In this document: piece by piece, positions 29,976 to 39,348 of the stretch
Numbering within the stretch: position 1 is the first letter of the stretch
How the letters are laid out: every line of letters starts with the position of its first letter
DNA from: SAR202 cluster bacterium
GTDB taxonomy: Bacteria > Chloroflexota > Dehalococcoidia > Lucifugimonadales > UBA826
Direction of reading: 5' to 3'
Assembly: GCA_022447825.1 (NCBI GenBank)
Contig: JAKUTY010000001.1
Span: 4,599 to 68,598, forward strand
Length of the DNA: 64,000 nt
Translations under genes and position numbers: made by a program
The notes under the pieces: model-generated
Databases searched by the model: none
Told to the model about the DNA's origin: nothing
Seen by the model: the letters and a program-made list of their open reading frames with translations, nothing else

Positions 29976-30458
29976 TCAACTCTGACCCAAAATTTGCACA
30001 ACAACCTCTCTAAACTCAACTTGAGAAGCTTTATCCCCATCTAATTCAATCATGAATATTCTCTGCCATTGCCCTAATGGCATTTTTCCATCAATTATGG
30101 GAACAGTTTCACTAGACCCTAAATATAAATGCTGGCAATGTGAGTGCCCATTTGGTAATTCATCTTCATGCATATGAACTGTTCTTGTTTCAAAATCGTT
30201 ATGCATATAATTTGCAGAAGATGGGGCGATATTTTCTATCACTACTTTAAAATCTTCCAATAAAAGAGGTTCATTTTCCTGAATAACGATTGCAGAAGTA
30301 GTGTGTTTAGAAAATACAACTACAATGCCATTTAAAACATTAGAATTTTTAATAGCATGTTCAACTTGCTCAGTAATATCAATAAATTCCAAATAAAATG
30401 ATGACGAAATCTTTAATGTTTCATTGGTAACAGACAATACAGATTCAGATACTTTCAT
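29976..30458 (-). CDS. YjbQ/UPF0047-family protein (secondary thiamine-phosphate synthase-like)
   Basis: HTTSAIVIQENE, GHSHCQHL and LGQWQRIFMIELDG motifs. Confidence 0.8.
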   Translation of the reverse strand: MKVSESVLSVTNETLKISSSFYLEFIDITEQVEHAIKNSNVLNGIVVVFSKHTTSAIVIQENEPLLLEDFKVVIENIAPSSANYMHNDFETRTVHMHEDELPNGHSHCQHLYLGSSETVPIIDGKMPLGQWQRIFMIELDGDKASQVEFREVVVQILGQS

Positions 30459-30506
30459 AAAGTTAAAATCTCCTACCTAAATTATATACGATTATAGTAG
30501 TAAGAA

Positions 30507-31526
30507 CTAATAATTTCTTGTAGCTAAAAACTCAATTAGTTCTTTGAAATCATCTTGGAAACAATTAATTACTTTAGAGTTTCTGAAAGAAATTAACGCA
30601 GCTTCTAGATAATTATTTGTCAAATCTTCAGCATACTCTCTAGTTTTAATTTGGTTCATAATTTCTAAAACTTGATTAACATCATCATCCGAAATTTCTG
30701 AATGACTATATATTTTCTTTAATTCATTTGCATATTTACCAGATTCAAATCCCATAGCATGAACTATAGGTAGTGACTTTTTTTTCCTTCGTATATCCGC
30801 ACCAACAGGTTTTCCAGTAACATCTTCTGTTCCCCAAACACCCAAAATGTCATCACGAATTTGAAAGGCATACCCCAAAGCTTTACCAGTTTGATCGATT
30901 GCATTCAAAATATTAGGATCTTTAACATTCAATACTGCTCCTAAGTTCAATGAAGCCCTTAATAAAGCTCCTGTTTTTAAAGAAATCATGTGCAAATAAT
31001 CTTCTAATTCAATCGAATCATTTTTTTCAAACAAAAGGTCTAAATTTTGACCTTCTAACATTTGAATACAGGCCTTACCCAATAAATTCGAAATAGATGC
31101 TTTTGAATTTTCATCAACAAAATCGATTAAATTAATAGTGTTATGTGCAGCAACTTGCATCAAATTGCCAGCAATAAGTGATTTTCTTTTACCCCAAATT
31201 GTCCAGATCGTTGGCCTATGATGCCTGATTTTATCTAGATCTTGAATTTCATCATGCACTAGAGAAAAATTATGAATGAGTTCTATTGAAGTTGCCACTT
31301 GGGCAGATTGATGTAAGCCTGTTCCAGTGGCATCACTCACAAATAAACATAAAGAAGGCCTTAATCCTTTACCTGAATGAGAGTCTACTGATTCACCATT
31401 TATATCTTCCCATCCCATACAATAACGGAGCATAGAGTAGGCTTGAGAATGCACAGACGATAATGAATTTTTCAATTCATTATCGTAGCGACTTTTATAT
31501 CTAATTAAAATTTTCGGCTCATTCAT
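30507..31526 (-). CDS. Polyprenyl diphosphate synthase family protein (trans-IPPS)
   Basis: The second Asp-rich motif FQIRDDILG is canonical. The first motif reads LVHDEIQDLD (DExxD instead of DDxxD). Confidence 0.85.
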   Translation of the reverse strand: MNEPKILIRYKSRYDNELKNSLSSVHSQAYSMLRYCMGWEDINGESVDSHSGKGLRPSLCLFVSDATGTGLHQSAQVATSIELIHNFSLVHDEIQDLDKIRHHRPTIWTIWGKRKSLIAGNLMQVAAHNTINLIDFVDENSKASISNLLGKACIQMLEGQNLDLLFEKNDSIELEDYLHMISLKTGALLRASLNLGAVLNVKDPNILNAIDQTGKALGYAFQIRDDILGVWGTEDVTGKPVGADIRRKKKSLPIVHAMGFESGKYANELKKIYSHSEISDDDVNQVLEIMNQIKTREYAEDLTNNYLEAALISFRNSKVINCFQDDFKELIEFLATRNY

Positions 31527-31585
31527 AACTTGTTCAAATTATCACACTTTACGGATATCAAGTAGAATTCAATATTTTTTTTCAC

Positions 31586-31615
31586 TTGCCTGAAAAAACT
31601 TAAATATGCTATATT
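31586..31615 (+). promoter_or_regulatory. Possible promoter of the nuo operon
   Basis: TTGCCT - 18 nt - TATATT. AT-rich DNA produces many such matches. Confidence 0.3.
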
Positions 31616-31698
31616 CGCAGTATTAAGTTGAGTATTTTTATACGTAAATCATATATAATTTCATCGTATCACTGATAACTTCCGTCACTAAGGTAAAT

Positions 31699-32094
31699 AT
31701 GCTAGACGAATATTTTAAACAATATGGAATAATAGCCATTTTTGCTGCCATTGCAGTTGCACTTCCAACAGCATTAATGTTGATATCTTGGATGTTATCA
31801 ATGGTCAAAATCCGACCTAACAATCCATCTGAAATTAAATCTAGCATATATGAATGTGGGTTTGAAACAATAACTGAAAGATGGAATCAATTTAATTTTA
31901 GGTATTACAGTATTGCATTACTATTTGTCTTGTTTGATGTAGAGGTTGTATTTCTATTCCCCTGGGCAGTAAGCTTTGGAATGATGTCTGTAGAATTCGG
32001 AGCATTTGTGATGATTGAAATGCTAATTTTTGTTGGTATTTTAGCTTTAGGATGGATATATGCTTGGAAAAAAGGTTCTCTAGAATGGAGTTAA
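31699..32094 (+). CDS. nuoA: NADH-quinone oxidoreductase subunit A
   Basis: Three TM helices with motifs YECGF and [16 protein letters not shown]. Confidence 0.9.
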   Translation: MLDEYFKQYGIIAIFAAIAVALPTALMLISWMLSMVKIRPNNPSEIKSSIYECGFETITERWNQFNFRYYSIALLFVLFDVEVVFLFPWAVSFGMMSVEFGAFVMIEMLIFVGILALGWIYAWKKGSLEWS

Positions 32095-32723
32095 ATTTGG
32101 ATAACGAGATAATAGTCCCTGACGCCAGTCTTCAAATTCCGTTACATGACACTACATGGGATTTAGACCGAAACGAGGGGGATTATATAAACCACTTGAA
32201 ATCTACTCATTTGACTCCTCTAGCCGAACCATTACTAGAAGTTCCTGATGACTTACAAAAAAATGTAGCAGTAACATCAGTCGACGCACTAATTGGATGG
32301 GGAAGAAAAGCTTCTGCATGGCCATTGTCTTTTGGATTAGCTTGTTGTGCTTTTGAAATGATGGCAAGCGCAATGTCAAGGTTTGATCTTTCTAGATTTG
32401 GAATGGAAGTGTTCAGGCCCTCTCCTAGGCAAGCTGATCTAATAATCATAGCTGGCACAGTAACTTGGAAAATGGCTCCTGCTATTGAAAGAGTTTACGA
32501 ACAAATGGCTGAACCAAGATGGGTGATTTCTATGGGAGTATGTGCTACTAGCGGAGGACCATATTACGGATCATACAGTGTTGTTCCAGGAGTGAACCAC
32601 ATTATCCCAGTAGACGTTTATGTACCAGGATGTCCCCCCCGCCCCGACGCATTATTGTATGGAATCATGCAGCTACATGAAAAAATAAAAAGATATTCTA
32701 TAAAAAATAAACCTCGGAAATAA
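32085..32723 (+). CDS. nuoB: NADH-quinone oxidoreductase subunit B (N2 cluster subunit)
   Basis: Motifs [18 protein letters not shown] and PGCPPRP. ATG 32085 overlaps the nuoA stop; the ORF track starts at 32052. Confidence 0.93.
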   Translation: MELNLDNEIIVPDASLQIPLHDTTWDLDRNEGDYINHLKSTHLTPLAEPLLEVPDDLQKNVAVTSVDALIGWGRKASAWPLSFGLACCAFEMMASAMSRFDLSRFGMEVFRPSPRQADLIIIAGTVTWKMAPAIERVYEQMAEPRWVISMGVCATSGGPYYGSYSVVPGVNHIIPVDVYVPGCPPRPDALLYGIMQLHEKIKRYSIKNKPRK

Positions 32724-32725
32724 TC

Positions 32726-33172
32726 TTGACTGAAATTTTAGCTGTTTCAAAAATCATTGAAGAAATCACTAATGAGTTGCCTGATTCAATAATCAAAAGC
32801 GATGATAAATCAATTTGGATTCGACCAGATGATATTAAAAAAGCTTGTGCAATACTCAAAAAACCTGATGGATTAGATTTTGCTTTTTTAACATCAATCA
32901 GTGCTGTTGATTATATTGAATATTTTGAAATTGTTTATCATCTAACATCTATGAGGAAAAATTACTCTGGAATAATTAAAGTTAAATGTTATGGAAGAAA
33001 TAACTTAACTTTACCTTCTGTTATTGATATCTGGAAAACAGCAGACCTTCAAGAAAGAGAAATTTGGGATTTAATGGGCATACAATTTGAAGGTCACCCA
33101 AATCTAAAAAGAATTTTATTATGGGAAGGATTTGATGGTCATCCTCTCAGAAAAGATTACTTAGGAAATTAA
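32726..33172 (+). CDS. nuoC: NADH-quinone oxidoreductase subunit C
   Basis: [27 protein letters not shown] motif. TTG start. Confidence 0.9.
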   Translation: MTEILAVSKIIEEITNELPDSIIKSDDKSIWIRPDDIKKACAILKKPDGLDFAFLTSISAVDYIEYFEIVYHLTSMRKNYSGIIKVKCYGRNNLTLPSVIDIWKTADLQEREIWDLMGIQFEGHPNLKRILLWEGFDGHPLRKDYLGN

Positions 33173-33175
33173 ATT

Positions 33176-34282
33176 ATGACTGGAATCAGAACTGAACCAG
33201 TAACAGTTAACTTAGGTCCTCAACACCCTAGTACTCACGGGGTATTCAGGTTAAGAGTAACTTTTGATGGAGAAGAAATTATCGACTTAGAGCCAGTATT
33301 TGGCTACTTACACAGAGGCACAGAAAAATTAGCTGAGACTAGAAATTATACTCAAATTGTTACTTTAACTGACAGGATGGATTATGTAGCTAGTATGTCA
33401 AACAACCTAGCATATGTAAGAACTGTTGAAGATCTGTCAGGAATCGAAGTACCTGAAAGAGCTCAATATATTCGAGTCATTTGTGCAGAACTTCAAAGAA
33501 TAGCTAGCCATTTAATGGCTACAGGATTTTTACTTAATGATATTGGAGCTCTAGCCACCCCTTTAATTTACTGTTTCAGAGAGAGAGAAAAAATCTTAGA
33601 TCTGTTTGAAATGCTTTGTGGTGCAAGAATCACATTAAGCTACATGAGACCAGGGGGCGTTTTTCAAGATGCCGACCAAGATTTTTGGAATGCTTTAGAT
33701 ATTCTTATTCAAGAATTGCCTCATTACTTAGACGAACTTGAGACATTAATTTCAAAAAACGAAATAGTATTAGCAAGAACTAGATCAGTTGGAGTCTTAT
33801 CTGATGAAGACGCTATAGATTACGGTGTCACTGGGCCAATTCTAAGAGCATCTAGGGTCAAATGGGACTTAAGGAAAGCAAATCCATACGAAATTTATGA
33901 CAGGATTGATTTTGAAGTTCCTATCGGTGTCGAAGGAGACACTTATGATAGGTTTCATGTCAGATTGTTAGAAATGCAAGAGAGTGTAAAAATTATCACA
34001 CAATGCATAACTCAAATCGAAAAAGGATCTATCAGAGCAGACGTTCCATATTTTATACGACCAAAACCGGGTGAAACATATCAATCAGTTGAAGGCCCTA
34101 AAGGAGAATTGGGATTTTACTTAATAAGTGACGGTGGAGTTTCTCCATATCGCTGTAAAGTCAGGGCCCCGTCTTTCATCAACTTAACACCGCTCAAAAA
34201 AATGATGCTAGGTTGGAAAATGGGAGATTTAATCACCATTTTAGGATCTATAGACATAGTATTAGGAGAGGTTGATAGATAA
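33176..34282 (+). CDS. nuoD: NADH-quinone oxidoreductase subunit D
   Basis: Motifs NLGPQHPSTHGV, GYLHRGTEKL and VEGPKGELGFY. Confidence 0.95.
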   Translation: MTGIRTEPVTVNLGPQHPSTHGVFRLRVTFDGEEIIDLEPVFGYLHRGTEKLAETRNYTQIVTLTDRMDYVASMSNNLAYVRTVEDLSGIEVPERAQYIRVICAELQRIASHLMATGFLLNDIGALATPLIYCFREREKILDLFEMLCGARITLSYMRPGGVFQDADQDFWNALDILIQELPHYLDELETLISKNEIVLARTRSVGVLSDEDAIDYGVTGPILRASRVKWDLRKANPYEIYDRIDFEVPIGVEGDTYDRFHVRLLEMQESVKIITQCITQIEKGSIRADVPYFIRPKPGETYQSVEGPKGELGFYLISDGGVSPYRCKVRAPSFINLTPLKKMMLGWKMGDLITILGSIDIVLGEVDR

Positions 34283-35508
34283 TGTATACCTCTTTTTACC
34301 AATTAATTGACTTTCACTCTTTCTATGACATGTATTACAAGATATTTGAGTCATTGGGGTTATCCAGTTCTGCATCATGGATGTCTTATTTAGCTGCAGG
34401 TGGATCCTTATCCTTTTTAGCTATTAATCTTTTAGTATTAGCAACTGCTTTTTATACTTGGTTTGAACGAAGAACAATTGCTAGATTTCAGGTTAGAAGA
34501 GGCCCTAACAGAAATGGACCTTTTGGATTAGGGCAGCCTTTTGCAGATGTCATCAAGTTGATTATGAAAGAGGACACTATTCCTACAGAAGCAGACAAGC
34601 CAGTCTTCACTATAGCTCCTATAGCATTACTTGCACCTACCTTATTAATTATTACAGTGATTCCTATTGATGATGCCAGCTTCTTAGCTACTTTAAATAT
34701 TGGGATTCTTTTCATAGTGGGGATTACTTCTGTTAATTCAATTGCTATTTTTATGGCTGGATGGGGATCAAGAAACAAGTATGCGATTCTGGGTTCTATG
34801 AGAGGAGCAGCTATGCTCATCAGTTATGAAATCCCTATGGCTTTAGGAATAACCAGTGTTCTTCTTATTTCTGGATCATTAGCCATGACCGAAATTGTGG
34901 CAAAACAAGATATTTGGTTCATAGTAGTTATGCCAATGGGATTCTTCGTATTTATGGCTGCAGCTACAGCAGAAATGAGCAGAACTCCATTTGATCAAAT
35001 TGAAGCAGAATCAGAATTAGGGTCAGGATATAATACTGAATTCAGTGGAATTAAATTTGCTATTCTATTCCTAGCAGAATTTATGGCACCTATAGTCACA
35101 TCTGCTGTAGTTACAACACTATTTTTAGGAGGATCTCAAGGATTTGATTTCTTACCAGGACAAGCTTGGTTTGTTCTTAAAATGTTTGTAGTAATTTTTA
35201 TCCTATTATGGATTCGCTCAACGTGGCCAAGACTTAGAATTGATCAAATTATGGGTTTTGCATGGAAAATTTTAATGGAATTAGGGTTTGTAAATATTTT
35301 CTTGATTGCTATAGAGGTAGCAGTATTAATGGATCCGGTTACAGGTTTGCTAACCTCTCAAGACCTGTTGATAATGGCAGCAATTAACTGGGTATTTACT
35401 ATTCTTACTTTAGTATTTCTAGCCAACTTATTGGGTAAAAGAAATTATGACAGACCAGATCCCGTACCATCACCATTGGCTAATATGCAGCCAAAAGGAG
35501 AAAAATAA
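34282..35508 (+). CDS. nuoH: NADH-quinone oxidoreductase subunit H (with ~40-aa N-terminal extension)
   Basis: Motifs ERRTIARFQVRRGPNRNGPFGLGQPFAD, AEMSRTPFD and EAESEL. Its ATG overlaps the nuoD stop (TAATG), so no nuoE/F/G lies between them. Confidence 0.95.
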   Translation: MYTSFYQLIDFHSFYDMYYKIFESLGLSSSASWMSYLAAGGSLSFLAINLLVLATAFYTWFERRTIARFQVRRGPNRNGPFGLGQPFADVIKLIMKEDTIPTEADKPVFTIAPIALLAPTLLIITVIPIDDASFLATLNIGILFIVGITSVNSIAIFMAGWGSRNKYAILGSMRGAAMLISYEIPMALGITSVLLISGSLAMTEIVAKQDIWFIVVMPMGFFVFMAAATAEMSRTPFDQIEAESELGSGYNTEFSGIKFAILFLAEFMAPIVTSAVVTTLFLGGSQGFDFLPGQAWFVLKMFVVIFILLWIRSTWPRLRIDQIMGFAWKILMELGFVNIFLIAIEVAVLMDPVTGLLTSQDLLIMAAINWVFTILTLVFLANLLGKRNYDRPDPVPSPLANMQPKGEK

Positions 35509-36179
35509 TGTATGGATTAGGGCTAATAAAAGGATTAGGGATTACAATGAAGAATCTTGTGATTCCTAGCAGGCAATTCAACGTTTACCAATATCCTAAC
35601 AAACGTGCTACCCCTTGGGATTTAGCTAAAATCAACAACTCTAAACCTTTTACATACATTGCAAAAAACCCTTTGACTACAATCAAATCGTTTGTTGGAC
35701 TAGTCAATGTTGAAGAGAAGTTACCTCAACACCCAAATTTCAGAGGGGAAGAATTCGCATGGTACGACAACCGATGTACTGGTTGTGCTAGCTGTGCAAA
35801 ATACTGCCCTTTAGGAATTATAAAGATTGTGACAGGAACTAGTGGTGTGAATTCTCAAGAGGGTCAAAGTTACGACTTAGAAGTTTTTGATATAGATATT
35901 GGTAGATGTATGTTTTGTGGATTATGTGTAGAGGCTTGCCCTTATGATGCTTTACATATGGGAAGCGGATTCGAGGAAGCACAATACCAAAGGTCTAATC
36001 TAGTAATAGATATCAACAAGTTAAAATCTGCCGAAAAAAAACCTAGCACTTGGTTTCGCCCTCAACTAGTCAATCAAGGCCATGATCCTATCTCAGGAGA
36101 TACTGCAGATTGGAGAAAAGTCGGTCGACACGAAAAACCGTCTCAAGAAGATCAATCTGAAAGGTGGGCAAAAAGATGA
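35508..36179 (+). CDS. nuoI: NADH-quinone oxidoreductase subunit I (2x[4Fe-4S] ferredoxin) with N- and C-terminal extensions
   Basis: CTGCASCAKYCP and CMFCGLCVEACP motifs. Confidence 0.92.
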   Translation: MYGLGLIKGLGITMKNLVIPSRQFNVYQYPNKRATPWDLAKINNSKPFTYIAKNPLTTIKSFVGLVNVEEKLPQHPNFRGEEFAWYDNRCTGCASCAKYCPLGIIKIVTGTSGVNSQEGQSYDLEVFDIDIGRCMFCGLCVEACPYDALHMGSGFEEAQYQRSNLVIDINKLKSAEKKPSTWFRPQLVNQGHDPISGDTADWRKVGRHEKPSQEDQSERWAKR

Positions 36180-36724
36180 TTTCTCAAGGAATTGCGAGCT
36201 CGTTAACAGTTGAAATTTCTTTTTGGGTGATCTCTATTTCTACAATATTGTCTGCAATTGCTGTAGTTCAAATTAAAGACTTATTTCGTGCTTCTTTATT
36301 TTTAATCCTTACATTTTTAGGAGTAGCTGGTCTTTTTATTTTATTAGGAGCAGAATTTCTTGCTGGGATTCAACTAATGATTTATGTGGGAGCGATTTCT
36401 GTATTAATTATTTTTGCTATCTTGATGACTAGAGAAATTGAAATCAGTAACCAATCTCATTACATGAGAATATTAGTATCTATGGTAGCTTTAGGGTTTA
36501 TGCTTTTAGCAATCTCTTTAATAACTTCCACAGATTGGAATTTGATTGATTCCAGGTCATTCCCTCAAAATCAAACAGACGAAATCATTGCTACGGTACA
36601 AAATTCTATTCCTACTTTATCAAAAATGTTGCTTACAGAATATGTATTGGCATTTGAGATGGTAGGAGTTTTACTTTTAGCTGCAGTTTTAGGAGCTCTA
36701 GCTTTAGTGAGAGAGAAAAAATGA
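36176..36724 (+). CDS. nuoJ: NADH-quinone oxidoreductase subunit J
   Basis: Motifs GAEFLAGIQLMIYVGAISVLIIF and FEMVGVLLLAAVLGA. ATG 36176 overlaps the nuoI TGA (ATGA). Confidence 0.9.
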   Translation: MISQGIASSLTVEISFWVISISTILSAIAVVQIKDLFRASLFLILTFLGVAGLFILLGAEFLAGIQLMIYVGAISVLIIFAILMTREIEISNQSHYMRILVSMVALGFMLLAISLITSTDWNLIDSRSFPQNQTDEIIATVQNSIPTLSKMLLTEYVLAFEMVGVLLLAAVLGALALVREKK

Positions 36725-37065
36725 CACTAGAAAGATTCTTAATAATTGGAGCAATATTATTTTCTATAGGGCTGTACGGGGTCCTATCAAAGAAACATTC
36801 CATTGCCGTACTAATGTCACTTGAATTAATGTTTAACGGAATAAACGTCACTGCAGTTGCATTATCCAGATATACAGTCCCATACCTACTAACTACTCAT
36901 TCTGGAGAAAAAGTTGTCCAATACCTACTGACTGGACAAATCTTCACCATATTCATCATCACAGTCGCAGCAGCAGAAGTCGCATTGGGATTAGCAATTA
37001 TTATAGCTATATATAGAACTCATCAGTCCGTTTTACTGACAGATTCAAATCAATTAAAGAATTAA
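36721..37065 (+). CDS. nuoK: NADH-quinone oxidoreductase subunit K
   Basis: Three-TM protein with motifs LMSLELMFNG and AAAEVALGLAII. ATGA overlap with nuoJ. Confidence 0.9.
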   Translation: MTLERFLIIGAILFSIGLYGVLSKKHSIAVLMSLELMFNGINVTAVALSRYTVPYLLTTHSGEKVVQYLLTGQIFTIFIITVAAAEVALGLAIIIAIYRTHQSVLLTDSNQLKN

Positions 37066-37069
37066 AAAC

Positions 37070-37264
37070 ATGTGGATAGAATATTTAACAGCTAAAAATT
37101 TACAAGTAGCAGAAATGTGGAAAAACACTTTTGAAGCAGAAGGACTTGCTACTAAAATCCTACCATTTGGTGACATCACATCTTGGGGTGAAAGAGTAGA
37201 GTTTAAAATCTATGTCCCTAAAGGTAGAGAACATGTTGCTGACGAAATTTTAAGGAAATTATAA
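37070..37264 (+). CDS. Small soluble DUF2007-like protein embedded in the nuo operon
   Basis: 64 aa, MWIEYLTAKNLQVAEMWKNTFEAEGLATKILPFG...EFKIYVPKGREHVADEILRKL. Starts 4 nt after the nuoK stop, and its TAA abuts the nuoL ATG (TAAATG). The pattern resembles the DUF2007 fold family. Confidence 0.5.
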   Translation: MWIEYLTAKNLQVAEMWKNTFEAEGLATKILPFGDITSWGERVEFKIYVPKGREHVADEILRKL

Positions 37265-39337
37265 ATGATTACTGAACAATTAATTTGGATGATTTTTATT
37301 CTTCCTTTAATTTCATTTTTAATTTGCAGTCTTATAATTAGACAATTATTCAATAATCGATCTATATTTGCAGGGTACGTAGCAATTCTGTTAATAGGAT
37401 TGTCATTTCTTATTTCAGTTCTTGCTTTCTATGAAGTAATTATCAACCACAAACAAATTACTACTGCACCTATAGAATGGCTGACAATTGGTCAATTTAC
37501 ACTATCAATTGGACTATTATTAGACCCCCTAACAATAGTAATGCTCACAGTTGTCACTGGGGTAAGTTTGATGGTTCAAGTTTACTCATTGGGGTACATG
37601 AAAAGTTCGGGCCAAGACTCTAACAATTCAGAAGATCCAGTTGAATTAGGTCAACCTGTTTTAGCAAGATACTTTTCTTACATGTCATTATTTACAGCTT
37701 CCATGTTGGGATTAATACTGGCATCAAATATTATTCAATTGTTTATTTTTTGGGAATTAGTTGGATTATGTTCTTATCTATTAATAGGATTTTGGTTTCA
37801 CAAACCATCTGCTGCAAATGCTGCAAAAAAAGCCTTTTTAGTTACTAGATTAGGAGATTTTGGATTTTTATTAGGAATAATGTACTTATTTTCTCATCAA
37901 CATTTATTCCCATCAGATTCAAACCCTTTAGATATAATCACAATTAATACTTATGTTCCTTTATTAGTAAATACAGGATTAATCAGTTTAACTGCCATAA
38001 CATTAATTTCTCTTGGAATATTTTTTGGAGCTATGGGTAAATCTGGACAATTCCCTCTTCACACTTGGTTGCCTGATGCCATGGAAGGACCTACTCCTGT
38101 CAGTGCATTAATACATGCTGCTACTATGGTAGCTGCAGGAGTATTTCTTGTAGCTAGATTCTTCCCCATTTTTGAAATTTCTGAATTTACTATGACTACC
38201 GTTTCTTTAATAGGTGCCATTACAGCTATTTTCGCTGCAACAATGGGATTAGTTTCTAACGACATAAAAAGAGTATTAGCTTATTCCACTGTCAGTCAAT
38301 TAGGTTACATGATGCTAGCATTGGGCTCAGGAGCATATGGTGCAGCAATATTCCACTTGTTTACTCATGCCTTCTTCAAGGCGCTACTTTTCCTAGGATC
38401 AGGCAGTGTAAATCATTCAACTGGAACTTTTGATATGCGATTTATGGGCGGTCTTAGAAAAGTCATGCCAATCACGTATGTAACTTTTTTGATAGGGGGA
38501 TTAAGCTTAGCAGGAATTCCTCCATTTTCTGGCTTTTGGAGTAAAGACGAAATATTATTAAATGTTTTCAACCATAGCGCTAATTTAAATTCTGATGGAC
38601 AAATTTGGCTTTCATTGATTAGTTCAATTACATTTGCGCTAGCATTAGTCGCAGTATTTATGACTGCTTTCTACATGTTTCGAGCGCTATTTATGACATT
38701 TGAAGGAAAATTTAACGGTGGATCAGATCAAGATCCTAATGCACATGCACATGGGCCTGTTCACTTGGCAGAATCACCAAAAGTGATGACTATACCTATG
38801 ATAATTCTCGCTTCAGTATCTATATTGATAGGATTCTTTATAAATCCCCCATTTAAAATATTTGGAATTGACAAACATTGGCTAGTTGAAACTTTACAAC
38901 ATGGAATAGTTTCACTACACACTGACTTCAATATTACTTTAGCAGTAATATCAAGCATTATTGCCATATCAGGAATAGCACTTGCAGCTTTAATGTACTT
39001 AAAAATTCCTCTTATAAATACACAAACAACTTTAATTTCACCCAACTTTGTCAGCAAAATATTTAAACCAATAAATACTTTATTTTCTAGAAAATATTAT
39101 TTCGATGAATTGTATGAAGATTTAATTGTTTCTTCTATCTTTTATAAAAAAATAGCTAAATTTTTGAGTTGGTTTGATCAAAATGTCGTTGATTTTCTTA
39201 TCAATTCAATTGGATGGAGTACTCGAAATATAGGGGCTCCAATCAAACAGATGCATAATGGTCAAATTCAAATGTACGCAACTATTACGTCATTAGGCAT
39301 ATTAGTTATAACATTTTTCATAGTATTCGGAACTTAA
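37265..39337 (+). CDS. nuoL: NADH-quinone oxidoreductase subunit L
   Basis: Antiporter-like subunit with motifs WLPDAMEGPTPVSALIHAATMVAAGV and AYSTVSQLGYM, plus a long C-terminal lateral-helix region. Confidence 0.95.
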   Translation: MITEQLIWMIFILPLISFLICSLIIRQLFNNRSIFAGYVAILLIGLSFLISVLAFYEVIINHKQITTAPIEWLTIGQFTLSIGLLLDPLTIVMLTVVTGVSLMVQVYSLGYMKSSGQDSNNSEDPVELGQPVLARYFSYMSLFTASMLGLILASNIIQLFIFWELVGLCSYLLIGFWFHKPSAANAAKKAFLVTRLGDFGFLLGIMYLFSHQHLFPSDSNPLDIITINTYVPLLVNTGLISLTAITLISLGIFFGAMGKSGQFPLHTWLPDAMEGPTPVSALIHAATMVAAGVFLVARFFPIFEISEFTMTTVSLIGAITAIFAATMGLVSNDIKRVLAYSTVSQLGYMMLALGSGAYGAAIFHLFTHAFFKALLFLGSGSVNHSTGTFDMRFMGGLRKVMPITYVTFLIGGLSLAGIPPFSGFWSKDEILLNVFNHSANLNSDGQIWLSLISSITFALALVAVFMTAFYMFRALFMTFEGKFNGGSDQDPNAHAHGPVHLAESPKVMTIPMIILASVSILIGFFINPPFKIFGIDKHWLVETLQHGIVSLHTDFNITLAVISSIIAISGIALAALMYLKIPLINTQTTLISPNFVSKIFKPINTLFSRKYYFDELYEDLIVSSIFYKKIAKFLSWFDQNVVDFLINSIGWSTRNIGAPIKQMHNGQIQMYATITSLGILVITFFIVFGT

Positions 39338-39348
39338 TGGAGAAATAA

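Noticed and set aside
31638-31847. 69-aa minus-strand ORF overlapping the nuoA start
   Set aside because: It overlaps the clearly coding nuoA frame and the nuo promoter region, and has no SD or recognisable motif.
34488-34820. 110-aa antisense ORF inside nuoH, and similar ones in nuoL and nuoM (38059-38265, 38761-39057, 40386-40571)
   Set aside because: These are shadow ORFs opposite conserved membrane-subunit genes.
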